Source: Patescibacteria group bacterium (lineage in GTDB: Bacteria > Patescibacteriota > Doudnabacteria > UBA920). Taken from it: DNA of 64,000 bases. Where the stretch lies: positions 50,179-114,178 of the forward strand of contig JAMDAY010000007.1 of assembly GCA_023484515.1 (NCBI GenBank), read 5' to 3'. Of the stretch, positions 1-9,515 are shown in pieces (within the stretch, counting starts at the first letter, position 1; each line of letters starts with the position of its first letter). The position numbers and the translations under genes were made by a program. The notes below the pieces were generated by a model, which was not told the DNA's origin, did not search any database, and worked only from the letters and a program-made list of their open reading frames with translations.

Positions 1-940
1 GTTACGGCAATCTCGACGTCTTTCAAATAATGGCTTTCCGCTCCGCGGTTAAATACTTCAAGCGCGCCCTTGTTAAAAGTTTCTATCCCGATTGCAACTT
101 CTTTTAATGTCTTGAGTTGCTTGAGATCTTTTATACTGCACTTTGCGACCGCTTCCGGCCGGCTCATCCCCCGCCAGATTTTACCGGAGTGGAACAAAAA
201 CTGATCGAGACGATAACTTCTTGCCGAGTCGAGCAGAGAAAGATTATCTACTGCCCAAAATCCCTCGTAGCCTTCCAACTGCTTTACGCGAGTTATTTCG
301 TCGATGACACTCGGGTAATCTCGGGCCTTTAACCCTTGAAACATCCGCGATTCGCAATAACCGCAGTAGTAAGGACAGCCGAGCGCTGCCGTATATATCG
401 GATACCAGCCTGCGGAAGCTGAAGCATATCGGCGGTGGGTCTGGCGGTCAATTTGGTCCAGAGCCGGCGTAGGGTAATCTTCGTTAAGAAATCTGTAATC
501 CGGCCGGATATTGCCCTGGGTTTTTGACAAAACAGCATCAACAACGTCAAAACCATGGGCAAATCCTTGGACCACTGCGTCGGCATGCACGCCCCAGCAG
601 GAAAAGTAATCAATACTCAATTGGGCGCACACATTTCCTCCAAGCACGGTGTAGGGGAGGGAAGACCACTGGCTTGCCAGCACCCGCAGCAACTCGCGAA
701 CCACCGGGATATTACGGCGGGTATGGCAGCTAATAGCCAAAATATCGGGCTTGGATGCAGGCAGGAATCGCTGCCAATCCTCTTGAAATACCAGGTCAAG
801 AGTGCTCACTACTTGCTTATGCTGCTGCAGCCGCGCCGCAAAGGTCAAAGCACCTACCGGCAGCATTGCTTTATGCGGCAACACCGCCTTATTGCCTTCC
901 CCCAAGACGTAAGGGGGAATTATCAACAGGATGTTCATAA
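1..940 (-). CDS. B12-binding domain radical SAM protein, partial (C-terminus beyond window start)
   Basis: Hand translation of the minus strand from ATG at 938-940 gives MNILLIIPPY... with a CxxxCxxC motif (CPYYCGYC) after a cobalamin-binding-like N-terminal domain. AAGGAGG RBS 8 nt upstream. No in-window stop, so it is absent from the ORF track. Confidence 0.55.
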
Positions 941-1034
941 CACTTCCCCTCCTTGGGGAAGAAAAGAACTATTTTTGTTTTAACAATCGATTTTGCCACT
1001 AAATAAAGCATATGTCAATATATTTCGTCGTTTA

Positions 1035-1063
1035 TTGACGAGCCGTGTTATATTTGATAATAT
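1035..1063 (+). promoter_or_regulatory. sigma70-like promoter TTGACG-17-TAATAT upstream of the TrmB paralog
   Basis: Hexamers and 17-nt spacer read directly; lies in the divergent region between the radical SAM gene and the TrmB gene. Confidence 0.4.
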
Positions 1064-1112
1064 TTGATTGATATTTTATTGTTTTTCTGACGACGAATTT
1101 TTAGTCATAATT

Positions 1113-1856
1113 ATGAAGCTGGGTCAATTGCTACGAAAATTAGGTTTTTCCAATAACGAGGCCAATGTTTATTTGGCCGCTTTGGAACTGGGACTTTCCA
1201 GCGCCCAAGACATCGCGGAAAAAGCCGGAATCAAAAGAACTACCGGTTATTCCGTATTATCTTATTTGACCAATCGGGGAGTGGTAGCCAAAACCAAGAT
1301 CAAAGGCAAAAACAGATTTCTGGCCGAACCTCCCGAAAGACTTTTAACGCTAATCAATGAGCTGGAAAAAGGCATCAAGCAAGCCTTACCTGAATTGACC
1401 GCCATTTACAACAAAAAGGAAACCAAACCGAAAATTACCTTTTACGAAGGCCCGCATGCCGTGCAAAAAGTTTATGACGACACGCTGGCGGAAAAACCCC
1501 AAGAAATTTTGGAGTGGAATACCAACGCCTATTTTGAAGGCAAAACTAACGTTGACCCGGATTATATTAAAAAACGCGTGGCCTTAAACATCAGCGCACG
1601 CCGGATTGCCGGCAAAGGCAGCATGTGGGACACTAAACATAGGTATTTGGATGAAAAAGAATTATCACAAACCGCAATAATACCCAAAGAACAATTTAAC
1701 CCGCAAATCGAAGTAAATATTTACAACAATAAGATCGCCTTCCTAAATTATGCCGAAAGTATGTCGGTTATAATAGAGTCCAAGGCCATTGCCGAGGCTA
1801 TGAGGCAGGTTTACGAGCTTTCGTGGAAGGGCGCCAAGGCGGTGGAAATAAAGTAG
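1113..1856 (+). CDS. TrmB-family (sugar-specific type) HTH transcriptional regulator, paralog 1
   Basis: N-terminal LGxSxxEAxVYLAALELG winged-helix motif typical of TrmB. Start chosen at MKLGQLL (1113) rather than the ORF-track start 1068. Confidence 0.7.
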   Translation: MKLGQLLRKLGFSNNEANVYLAALELGLSSAQDIAEKAGIKRTTGYSVLSYLTNRGVVAKTKIKGKNRFLAEPPERLLTLINELEKGIKQALPELTAIYNKKETKPKITFYEGPHAVQKVYDDTLAEKPQEILEWNTNAYFEGKTNVDPDYIKKRVALNISARRIAGKGSMWDTKHRYLDEKELSQTAIIPKEQFNPQIEVNIYNNKIAFLNYAESMSVIIESKAIAEAMRQVYELSWKGAKAVEIK

Positions 1857-1974
1857 GACGCCGTAAATAATATTTCCCTTGCCTCCTACCCCTATATTTG
1901 CGCAAATAAAAAAGAGAGAACTGGGTTATCCATAAATAACTGCCGATTTACTAAAGTAAATCGGCAGTTATTTA

Positions 1975-2565
1975 TTACCACATCCTGTCCCAGAATTTTT
2001 TTAATTTGCCGGAAACGACAAAATGTTCAAAGAGTATGAATAGGATTAACAAGCCCAGCAGGCCGAATTCCAAGTAGTGCAAGTAATGCTGGAATAAATA
2101 AAAAACCGGCAGGCTAATGGTGTATCCTACGCCAAATAAGATTAACACCCACCAGACCAGCACCGGCACGGAAATTTTTAAAAACTTTTTCAGCGGCACG
2201 CCCATGGCAGCCACCCTGACCAGGGAACTGCGATGGATGCCGTATATAAACTTAGTGACAAACAAGGCCAGTTTGGGCCTTTTTTCAAAATGCCGGTCAA
2301 ACTGGCTGCCGGCTTTGGTCAGCCATGACCAGACCAGCGAATTATTATTCCTCAACTTTAACCCGGCCCAAAATAAAATTAGCTGTTCGCCAAACCCTCC
2401 GACAGTGCAGGCCAGTATCGCGTAAAAAGGGTTTAAAACTCCGCCGCTGGAAAGGAAACCGGCAACCAGCAGGGTAATATTCCCGTCCAAAACCATGGCA
2501 ACCGCCACTCCCGCATACAGCCACTGCCCCCAGGAATTAATATAATTGGCAATAAAAGAATCCAT
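1975..2565 (-). CDS. DedA/SNARE-associated family membrane protein
   Basis: 196 aa multi-TM protein with DedA-like composition (GxxxGxxxG-type helices, PLKKFL segment). Confidence 0.6.
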   Translation of the reverse strand: MDSFIANYINSWGQWLYAGVAVAMVLDGNITLLVAGFLSSGGVLNPFYAILACTVGGFGEQLILFWAGLKLRNNNSLVWSWLTKAGSQFDRHFEKRPKLALFVTKFIYGIHRSSLVRVAAMGVPLKKFLKISVPVLVWWVLILFGVGYTISLPVFYLFQHYLHYLEFGLLGLLILFILFEHFVVSGKLKKFWDRMW

Positions 2566-2586
2566 CTTTTATATTCTAACACGGAT

Positions 2587-4110
2587 TTAGAATCCATGGA
2601 GGATTTCTATTTTTGCACCCAATTTTTTCAAACGATTGGCCAAATCTTCATAACCGCGGTTAATGGAATAGACGTTACGCAAAATTGACGTGCCTTTGGC
2701 GGCCAGCATGGCAATTAAAATAATGGCGGCCGGCCGCAAGGCCGGCGGGCAGATAATTTCCGCGCCGCGCAACTCAGTGGGGCCTTCAATATACACGCGG
2801 TGGGGATCGGCTAAAATTATATTAGTGCGCAGCTTGTTAAGCTCCATGTAATAAATAGCGCGGTTTTCATAAACCCAGTCATGAACAAGCGTGGTTCCGC
2901 TTGCCTGGGTGGCAATAGGCACAAAAAACGGCAAATTGTCTATGTTTAAGCCGGGAAACGGCCGGGCGTAAATTTTTTCCTCCAAGGCCATAAGCTTGCC
3001 CGGAAACGTCTTAATGTCCGCCAAATTAGTAAAGCCATTCCTGCTTTTATAACGTTTTAAAATCTTAAACTTAAAGCCCATTTTTTCCAGTTTCAGCAGC
3101 TCCAATTCCAAAAAATCCAGAGGACAGCGCTGTATGGTAATGGAAGAATTGGTAGTCGCGGCCAAAGACAAGAACATCATGGACTCTATGGGGTCTTCGC
3201 TTAAATAATAAGTTACCGGCTGGCATAAATCGGCCTTGCCGTGGACAGTCAAAGTGGTAGTGCCAATTCCTTCTATCTTCACTCCTAAAACCTGCAGAAA
3301 ATAGCACAAATCCTGCACCATATAATTGGACGAAGCAAACTTAATGACTGTTTTGCCGGGAATTTTACTGGCTGCCATAATTGCATTTTCCGTAACAGTA
3401 TCCCCGGATTCGTATAAAATAATTTCCGCGGGTTTTAAACGCGCTGCCACCACCTGATAACTGCCATGTTCGGTTTTTATGCTAATCCCAAGTTTTTCAA
3501 GGGCAAACAAGTGCGGCCGCACTGTCCTGGCGCCCAATTTGCAGCCGCCGGCCAAAGGCAATTTAAAATTTTTAGACAGATGGACCAGGGGTCCGAGCAG
3601 CATTAGCACGCTCCTGGTTTTAGCGGCGGCTTCCGCATCAATGTTCCCCAAATCTAAAGCTTGCGGAGGAACAACTTCCACGTCGTTGCCGCTCCATTTC
3701 ACTCCCGCCCCAATGCTGGACAAGACTTCCATAATGCGGAAAACTTCCTCAATTTTAGGCACATTCTTCAGCGTGGTTTTGCCCTTATTCAGCAAGCTCG
3801 CACACAGCAGGGCTACCGCTGCGTTTTTGGAAGTGTTGGTGGCTATAGTTCCAGACAGCTTATGGCCGCCCTCTATTTTAAAATTGACCGACTTGTCGGC
3901 CAAAGTAATTATTTCCTGGTTTAACGCCGCGCTGACCTTGGCCAAAGTTTCCGTAGTCAGGTTCTGCTGGCCTTTTTCCATCCTGGCTACCGCGCTTTGG
4001 GAAGTCTTTAAGGCCTTGGCAAATTCTTCCTGGGTCAAACCTTTTAATTCCCTTAATTCCGCAATAAATTTTCCTATTTTTAACTGCTCCCGGTTAATTA
4101 GTGTCTTCAT
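2587..4110 (-). CDS. murA: UDP-N-acetylglucosamine 1-carboxyvinyltransferase (MurA) with an N-terminal XRE-type HTH domain
   Basis: Residues 1-70 are a classic XRE HTH (LTQEEFAKALKTSQSAVARMEKGQ). The rest is an EPSP-synthase-fold MurA (KLSGTIATNTSKNAAVALLCASLL ...). Confidence 0.8.
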   Translation of the reverse strand: MKTLINREQLKIGKFIAELRELKGLTQEEFAKALKTSQSAVARMEKGQQNLTTETLAKVSAALNQEIITLADKSVNFKIEGGHKLSGTIATNTSKNAAVALLCASLLNKGKTTLKNVPKIEEVFRIMEVLSSIGAGVKWSGNDVEVVPPQALDLGNIDAEAAAKTRSVLMLLGPLVHLSKNFKLPLAGGCKLGARTVRPHLFALEKLGISIKTEHGSYQVVAARLKPAEIILYESGDTVTENAIMAASKIPGKTVIKFASSNYMVQDLCYFLQVLGVKIEGIGTTTLTVHGKADLCQPVTYYLSEDPIESMMFLSLAATTNSSITIQRCPLDFLELELLKLEKMGFKFKILKRYKSRNGFTNLADIKTFPGKLMALEEKIYARPFPGLNIDNLPFFVPIATQASGTTLVHDWVYENRAIYYMELNKLRTNIILADPHRVYIEGPTELRGAEIICPPALRPAAIILIAMLAAKGTSILRNVYSINRGYEDLANRLKKLGAKIEILHGF

Positions 4111-4202
4111 AAAAATATCATATATGATATATTTATTTCCATAATATCCTTCTATGCCCTTTTTGTCAATTGCTGATAATAATATTATATCATTTATGAA
4201 AT

Positions 4203-4228
4203 AAACCCCGCAGGAAGATGCGGGGTTT
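4203..4228. terminator. rho-independent terminator hairpin AAACCCCGCA-GGAAGA-TGCGGGGTTT
   Basis: Perfect 10-bp stem with flanking T/A runs between murA and the small minus-strand ORF. Confidence 0.6.
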
Positions 4229-4245
4229 AAACAAAGCCTGAAAGG

Positions 4246-4455
4246 CTAAATGTGGAATATTTTTCCGAACAGGTTTTCCAAATAATGGGATTTGTTATTG
4301 GAATAGAACACGGCAAGAACGGCTGCCAAATATACTAAGTTTAAAATTACCACCCTAAGCAGGTCATGCCTGATAATCCGGTATTCGCCCTCGTGGGTTA
4401 AAGACGCCGAAACCGGACCGCCCTGGATATTCGTTTTTTTATGCTTTTTGCTCAT
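4246..4455 (-). CDS. small hypothetical membrane protein (69 aa)
   Basis: ORF-track ORF with one hydrophobic helix and a terminator immediately downstream; weak RBS. Confidence 0.3.
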   Translation of the reverse strand: MSKKHKKTNIQGGPVSASLTHEGEYRIIRHDLLRVVILNLVYLAAVLAVFYSNNKSHYLENLFGKIFHI

Positions 4456-4570
4456 AATAAAAACCTTAAATTTTTATTCTTATGCTATCTTGGTTAAGTA
4501 TAATATTACTCAAATTTCCAGTCAAATTTTTCAGCGAAACAACCATTAAAAATTTTCAGGTTTTTATAAT

Positions 4571-4600
4571 TTGAAATTATCCTGCCAATAATGCTACAAT
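4571..4600 (+). promoter_or_regulatory. sigma70-like promoter TTGAAA-18-TACAAT; the mRNA would be nearly leaderless
   Basis: The -10 ends 9 nt before the ATG at 4610. Confidence 0.4.
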
Positions 4601-4609
4601 ATTTGGGAT

Positions 4610-5095
4610 ATGACATATTCCCAGCTAATTTTACCGGCCCTGATAATAGGACTACTGGCCCTCCTGGCTTCCCTGTATGCCTCCTGGCAAATAATGTCCT
4701 TTAACCGCCTCAGGCGCGACTTATTTACAGGCAGTAACGGGCTGGACCTGGAAAAAACCCTGCGCATTTTGGCACAGGAGCTTAACGGCCTGCGGGAAGA
4801 GCAGGTGTTTTTAGAACAAAGCCTGGAACAATTAAAAAGCGATTCCCGTTTTACCTTGCAGAAAATCGGCTTGGTAAGATTTAATCCTTTTGCCGACGGG
4901 GGAGGCAATTTCAGTTTTTCCCTGGCCTTGCTGGACGGCAATAACAGCGGAGTAGTGCTAACTTCCATGCACGGCAGGCAACAAAACCGCATTTACACGA
5001 AAAAAATTCAGGCGGGAAAGAGCGAAATGGCCTTAACCGAGGAGGAACAACAGGCCATTAGCCTGGCAAACGCAAAACAAAAGCCCGTTTCGTAA
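4610..5095 (+). CDS. DUF4446-family protein
   Basis: N-terminal TM helix plus FNPFADGGGNFSFSLALLD segment characteristic of DUF4446. Confidence 0.55.
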   Translation: MTYSQLILPALIIGLLALLASLYASWQIMSFNRLRRDLFTGSNGLDLEKTLRILAQELNGLREEQVFLEQSLEQLKSDSRFTLQKIGLVRFNPFADGGGNFSFSLALLDGNNSGVVLTSMHGRQQNRIYTKKIQAGKSEMALTEEEQQAISLANAKQKPVS

Positions 5096-5119
5096 TTAAC
5101 CTAAGAAAGGAAAACGACA

Positions 5120-5536
5120 ATGGAAAAGGATTTAGACGAAAACTTAAGCGCCCAAGCGGAAACCGTAGTCGGCCCTTCCGTTAAAATCCAGGGGGATTTG
5201 AATTCCGAAGGGAATATCAGGATAGAAGGCCAAGTAGCCGGAAAAGTTACGACCAGCCAAAGCGTATTCGTAAACCAGGGGGCGCATATAGCCGCGGATA
5301 TTTTGGCGGGCAATGCCATAGTGGGAGGGGAAGTACAGGGCAATTTAAAAATTTCCGGACATTTGATTCTGCAGTCCACCGCTAAAATTAGCGGAGACAT
5401 TTCCTGCGCCATTTTGCGCGTGGAAGACGGTGCCCAGTTCACCGGCAAATGTGCCATGAACAGCAACGGCAATTCCGCCCACGGCAAAAAAGAAGCCTAT
5501 AACAGGGAAAAAGAACCTGCTTTAGAAACGGAATAG
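5120..5536 (+). CDS. bactofilin (polymer-forming cytoskeletal protein)
   Basis: Repetitive beta-helical bactofilin/DUF583 pattern (IxGxVxGxV repeats) with Pro/Glu-rich tails; AAAGGA RBS. Confidence 0.7.
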   Translation: MEKDLDENLSAQAETVVGPSVKIQGDLNSEGNIRIEGQVAGKVTTSQSVFVNQGAHIAADILAGNAIVGGEVQGNLKISGHLILQSTAKISGDISCAILRVEDGAQFTGKCAMNSNGNSAHGKKEAYNREKEPALETE

Positions 5537-5598
5537 CTTTTACGGATTTAATTACTGCTGCCAAAAACCCTGGAGAACGGCATTAACCCGTAAAGCTG

Positions 5599-6441
5599 AT
5601 GTATTATTATATTGTTGACCAAAACCACCTCCCATTGGAAAAATTTGAACGCCTGCAAACCCAGCTGCAAGGGTTGCTGGCGGAATTTAAAATTGCCGGG
5701 GAGGTCGCCCGCGTCACCCCGCTGCGGAACATTACGGACCTGGTTAACACGGCCAGCCAACGGGGAGCTAAAACCCTGGTAGCTTGCGGCAGCGATGACA
5801 CCTTTAACCAGATGCTGGCTGCGCTAAAAGGGCGCGACTTTACGGCCGGCTTTATCCCGTTTGACGAAAATTCCATTTTGGCAAAAATCCTGGGCACGGA
5901 AAACCTGTTTACGGGCGTAAAAACCATTGCGGCCAGAAGGATAGAAAAAATTGACCTGGCCAAAATTTCCGGCAATTACTTTATCAGCTTTCTGGAATTC
6001 GGGGTCATGAGCCAGAACATAAAAGATGCGACCCTGTGGCAAAGCTTAAAACTGCTGTCCAGCGAATCCAAGTCGTTTACCATTAGGATTGACGACTCCT
6101 ATAACGTTACCATAAACGGCCAGGGTGGGCTGGTGGCCAACATCCGTTCCAGTTCCGCGCACAACGAGCGCATTGCCAATCCCACCGACGGTAATTTGGA
6201 CCTGCTCATTCTGGAAAAACTTTCCAAAATGCAGATTCTGGCGCATCGCAAAGCCATTGGCGAAGGCTGCCTGGAAAAAGTCCCGAACACTACGGTAATC
6301 AAGTGCAAAAAAATTGAATTTTTGGAGCCACGGGGCTTTAGCCTGACCATGCTCGGCCGCGTGGTGGCCAAGTTCCCGGCCACCGTTGAAATTATACCGC
6401 AAAGGCTGCGCATGATCGTGGGCAAAAGCCGCACATTTTGA
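5599..6441 (+). CDS. diacylglycerol/lipid kinase catalytic domain (YegS/DAGK_cat-like) protein
   Basis: LVACGSDDTFNQML resembles the GGDGT motif of the DAGK_cat family. Confidence 0.5.
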   Translation: MYYYIVDQNHLPLEKFERLQTQLQGLLAEFKIAGEVARVTPLRNITDLVNTASQRGAKTLVACGSDDTFNQMLAALKGRDFTAGFIPFDENSILAKILGTENLFTGVKTIAARRIEKIDLAKISGNYFISFLEFGVMSQNIKDATLWQSLKLLSSESKSFTIRIDDSYNVTINGQGGLVANIRSSSAHNERIANPTDGNLDLLILEKLSKMQILAHRKAIGEGCLEKVPNTTVIKCKKIEFLEPRGFSLTMLGRVVAKFPATVEIIPQRLRMIVGKSRTF

Positions 6442-6499
6442 TTTTGCCCCCAACAAAAGTTAGTATTATAGTTTTTAACGGCCGAAAATAATTATGATA

Positions 6500-7018
6500 C
6501 TATTTTAAATTAAACTTTTTCCTTAAATCCGTATCATTATCCATTTCTTCTACCTTAATTATCCTGATAAAATCAATCAACTTTGTCTCCTGTAAATATT
6601 TTATTGCCTCTCTGTTTAAGGGATAGGGGTTAATGTAAACACTTGCTTGTAGTTTATTGTAGCCATTTTTCTTTAACAGCCATCTAAGTAAGTTGCGCTT
6701 TGCCTTACTTTCCTCAGGGATATCAAACACAACTATCCTCCACTTTCCATCCCAAACGGATGGCTTTTTCATTACTGCCTTTTTCAGCAAAATTTCCAGT
6801 TGCCCTTTTTTTGTGCACTTAATGAATTTTGTATTGTTCTTTTTGACAATTTCTATTAACCCCTGCCTTTCCATTTGCCATACAGAGCTGCAAAATTGCC
6901 GTCGTTTCATTTCCTTAAGCCTCTTGGCAAAATGATACATAGATTCATAAGGACGGGGATATAATTGCGGCTGGCCAGTTAAGGCCTCAAGTAATAAATC
7001 TACAAAACTTGCAAGCAT
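6500..7018 (-). CDS. PaaX-like winged-helix regulator (wHTH plus PaaX_C-like WRIVVFDIPE...LQASVY segment)
   Basis: Architecture and the W..W.VV.FD.PE...R..L.......G...LQ.SVY pattern recalled from PaaX-family proteins. Confidence 0.4.
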   Translation of the reverse strand: MLASFVDLLLEALTGQPQLYPRPYESMYHFAKRLKEMKRRQFCSSVWQMERQGLIEIVKKNNTKFIKCTKKGQLEILLKKAVMKKPSVWDGKWRIVVFDIPEESKAKRNLLRWLLKKNGYNKLQASVYINPYPLNREAIKYLQETKLIDFIRIIKVEEMDNDTDLRKKFNLK

Positions 7019-7139
7019 AAATTAGTATATTAACGTTTTTATTTCATATTTAAAGTATTTAGCCTTTAATAATTATATCATACAATTATCCGGCCGTATA
7101 TTTTTATGATATTCTATTTTTGCTAAACAATTTACAAAA

Positions 7140-7192
7140 CAAAACCGGCAGTGTTCGCGCATAACCATCCACGCGGATTTTCTGCCGGTTTT
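7140..7192. terminator. bidirectional terminator AAAACCGGCAG...CTGCCGGTTTTT
   Basis: 11-bp stem with flanking T/A runs; closes the three-gene minus-strand cassette. Confidence 0.6.
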
Positions 7193-7196
7193 TGAT

Positions 7197-7684
7197 TCAT
7201 TCGCAATTTTTGACGGCGCTGCCCGCAGGTAGATGCAAAACAATCCCGAAAATGTCCCTGCCGGGCAGCCCAACAAGGCTTGGATGGGCAAAGCTTGTCT
7301 GGTAATAAAGCAACCAGCCCAGCCGGCCCTTAGGGACGTTAAAGATAATGTCAGCATCTTCGCCGGCAATCTCACTGAACAACCTTTGCTGCCGGGCGCC
7401 ATTGGCATCAACAAAAGTTACTTGCACCTTTCCTTCCCGATAGCAGGCACCCGCCACGTTATCGTAAAGCCTTGCTCCGGGGTTGTTGCGCCATACGGCA
7501 AATTCCATGTCTTCGGCAGAAGGAGGACTGCTCGCTTTGTAAAACACATCTCCCAAATTAACTCCTTGGGGATGCGCCTTAACGTAAGCGTCCCAGCGTC
7601 TTTTGTATTCAGTGGGCGGCAACAGCAGGGCCAACAACACCAGAGCCGCCAAAAAGCCGCCACCAACCGCCAAAATAAGTTTCA
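7197..7684 (-). CDS. hypothetical signal-anchored/secreted protein (cassette gene 3)
   Basis: Start moved to MKLILAVGG (7684), which has a GGAGGAG RBS 5 nt upstream; N-terminal hydrophobic segment; no recognisable domain. Confidence 0.5.
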
Positions 7685-7739
7685 TATCTCCTCCAAAGCT
7701 TGCATTTTCCAAATGTCCACTGGTTTTTGCGTCACCAAT

Positions 7740-8075
7740 CTACTCGCGAACGATTCGGTATTTCTCCGTTTCTTCTGCTGCTTTTAGGCTCCGCAGATTC
7801 TCTTTAGCTGCAGCTAGCGCCATCTTGACCAGATCCTCGGTCAGACGCTGCTTTAAGGCCTGCATCTCGGAATTGAAAAAATCTTTTCCGTTGTAATCGA
7901 AGCACCCGCTTCTATCTCCACTCTGCCTGTAAAACACTCCCGAGCTGGCTGCTCCCAAAACCACCCCAACGCCGCCCCATCTAACCTCAACCTCGATGCA
8001 ACGATTAAAATCTAACCATCCGAGGTTGGGATAGTTTGGCGCGTTGCAAACCCACTCCACTTTTACTTCCCACAT
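7740..8075 (-). CDS. hypothetical protein (cassette gene 2)
   Basis: GGAGG RBS 6 nt upstream of ATG; no recognisable domain. Confidence 0.5.
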   Translation of the reverse strand: MWEVKVEWVCNAPNYPNLGWLDFNRCIEVEVRWGGVGVVLGAASSGVFYRQSGDRSGCFDYNGKDFFNSEMQALKQRLTEDLVKMALAAAKENLRSLKAAEETEKYRIVRE

Positions 8076-8084
8076 ATTAGCCTC

Positions 8085-8504
8085 CTATGTTTCGATTGCT
8101 GGAGAGAATGGTATGCTTTCGCAGCCCCCCAGCACATCCTTTTCTCCATACCCGATGGACAAGCTCTCTTCACTGCGCGGATTGTAGGTATGGCTATGCC
8201 AATCACTGTGTGCAACCAACCACCTTTCCCCGTCAGGCGCAACCACAAACGTGAACCTGGCGCTGCCGGAGTAATCGCTGCTTCTCTGGCGATGATGAAC
8301 TACAAACCCCCGGTAGCCATCTGCAAAAAAAGTAAAAGGAGGAGTACCTCTTATCCACCCTTCTCCTAGACGGGTATCGCCAAGATTCCAGCGATCGACC
8401 TGCGCTAGAATCAGCCGAGCCCTTTCTTCCATCTCCGGCCAATCAACTCTCTTAGTATGGTCATTTTCAAAAACCAGGACTGTTTTAAATCCAACTGCTT
8501 TCAT
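8085..8504 (-). CDS. hypothetical protein (cassette gene 1)
   Basis: GGAGG RBS 6 nt upstream of ATG; 9-nt gap to the next gene; no recognisable domain. Confidence 0.5.
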   Translation of the reverse strand: MKAVGFKTVLVFENDHTKRVDWPEMEERARLILAQVDRWNLGDTRLGEGWIRGTPPFTFFADGYRGFVVHHRQRSSDYSGSARFTFVVAPDGERWLVAHSDWHSHTYNPRSEESLSIGYGEKDVLGGCESIPFSPAIET

Positions 8505-8618
8505 CGTTCCTCCAAAAGTGTTGAAATTTGTTACTTTTTTGGTAACAACATAATATAATCCCTTGATTAATTAAAGTAAACAATGCTACAATAAAAGTGT
8601 CATAAATAACAACACTTT

Positions 8619-9383
8619 ATGGTAATACCGGAATTATTGCAAAATTTGGGGCTTTCTGGCGAGGAAACAAGAATATATTTGGCTGCTTTGGAAATGGGGA
8701 AAAGCCTGCCTAAGCATTTGGCGGAAAAAGCCGGAGTAAAACGGCCCACGCTTTACAAGCTAATGCCGGGACTGCTGGAAAAAGGCCTGCTTTCGGAAAC
8801 CGTCATGGGCAAGCGGAGATATTTCGTGGGGGAAGACCCCGAAGTTTTGCTAAACAAGAAGCAGTCGGAAATAGACCAAATGGAAGCGCTGCTGCCCCGG
8901 CTCCGCATGTTACTGGCCACCGCCTCCCACAAACCGAAAATAATCTTTTACGAAGGGCTGGAAGGCATAAAAAAATTATATTTTGACAACTTGCGGGAAA
9001 AGCAGCCAATTTTGGAATTCGTCTCTTTGGAAAAGATTAGTCCCAAAATAGAATTCCATTCGTCTAACTATTACATCCCTCAAAGGATTAAAAGAAAAAT
9101 TCCCATAAAAATAATTATTAGCGGCGCGGCCAAATCCCATTCTATAAAGTTAAAAACCGACCCTTATGCCTTAAGGGAAATTAAACAAATTAGCGAAAAA
9201 CATTTTCCTCTGCCCTTAGACTGCTATATTTACGGCAACAACGTGTCTTTTGCCCTTTACCGCAGGGACAGCGAGCCGGTCGGAGTGATTATCAGGTCAA
9301 AAGAAATTGCCACGGCCATGAGATCGCTGTTTAATTTTGTCTGGCAAGCTGTTCCGACCGACAATTTGTCGCGCCACCACTAA
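8619..9383 (+). CDS. TrmB-family HTH transcriptional regulator, paralog 2
   Basis: Same N-terminal LGLSxxExxIYLAALEMG motif and overall length as the other two paralogs. Confidence 0.7.
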   Translation: MVIPELLQNLGLSGEETRIYLAALEMGKSLPKHLAEKAGVKRPTLYKLMPGLLEKGLLSETVMGKRRYFVGEDPEVLLNKKQSEIDQMEALLPRLRMLLATASHKPKIIFYEGLEGIKKLYFDNLREKQPILEFVSLEKISPKIEFHSSNYYIPQRIKRKIPIKIIISGAAKSHSIKLKTDPYALREIKQISEKHFPLPLDCYIYGNNVSFALYRRDSEPVGVIIRSKEIATAMRSLFNFVWQAVPTDNLSRHH

Positions 9384-9403
9384 AATATTTTTTAAAATTT
9401 CCC

Positions 9404-9432
9404 TTGATTTATCTTTGCATTTTTGATATACT
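9404..9432 (+). promoter_or_regulatory. sigma70-like promoter TTGATT-17-TATACT for infB
   Basis: Read directly; followed by a 5' UTR containing a 13-bp imperfect hairpin (9466-9517). Confidence 0.4.
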
Positions 9433-9515
9433 TTGACAGTTAAGTAAAAATATTCCCAAATTAACCATTACTATAACTTCAGATGCTTAATGGTCTTCCG
9501 TTATAGTTATGGTGA

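Noticed and set aside
3071-4144. ORFs 3071..3307 -, 3479..4144 + and 3661..3924 + overlapping murA
   Set aside because: They overlap the HTH-MurA gene in other frames, lack RBSs and have shadow-ORF composition.
4594-4992. ORF 4594..4992 - antisense to the DUF4446 gene
   Set aside because: It fully overlaps a plus-strand gene that has a good promoter. It is S/R/L/K-rich shadow ORF.
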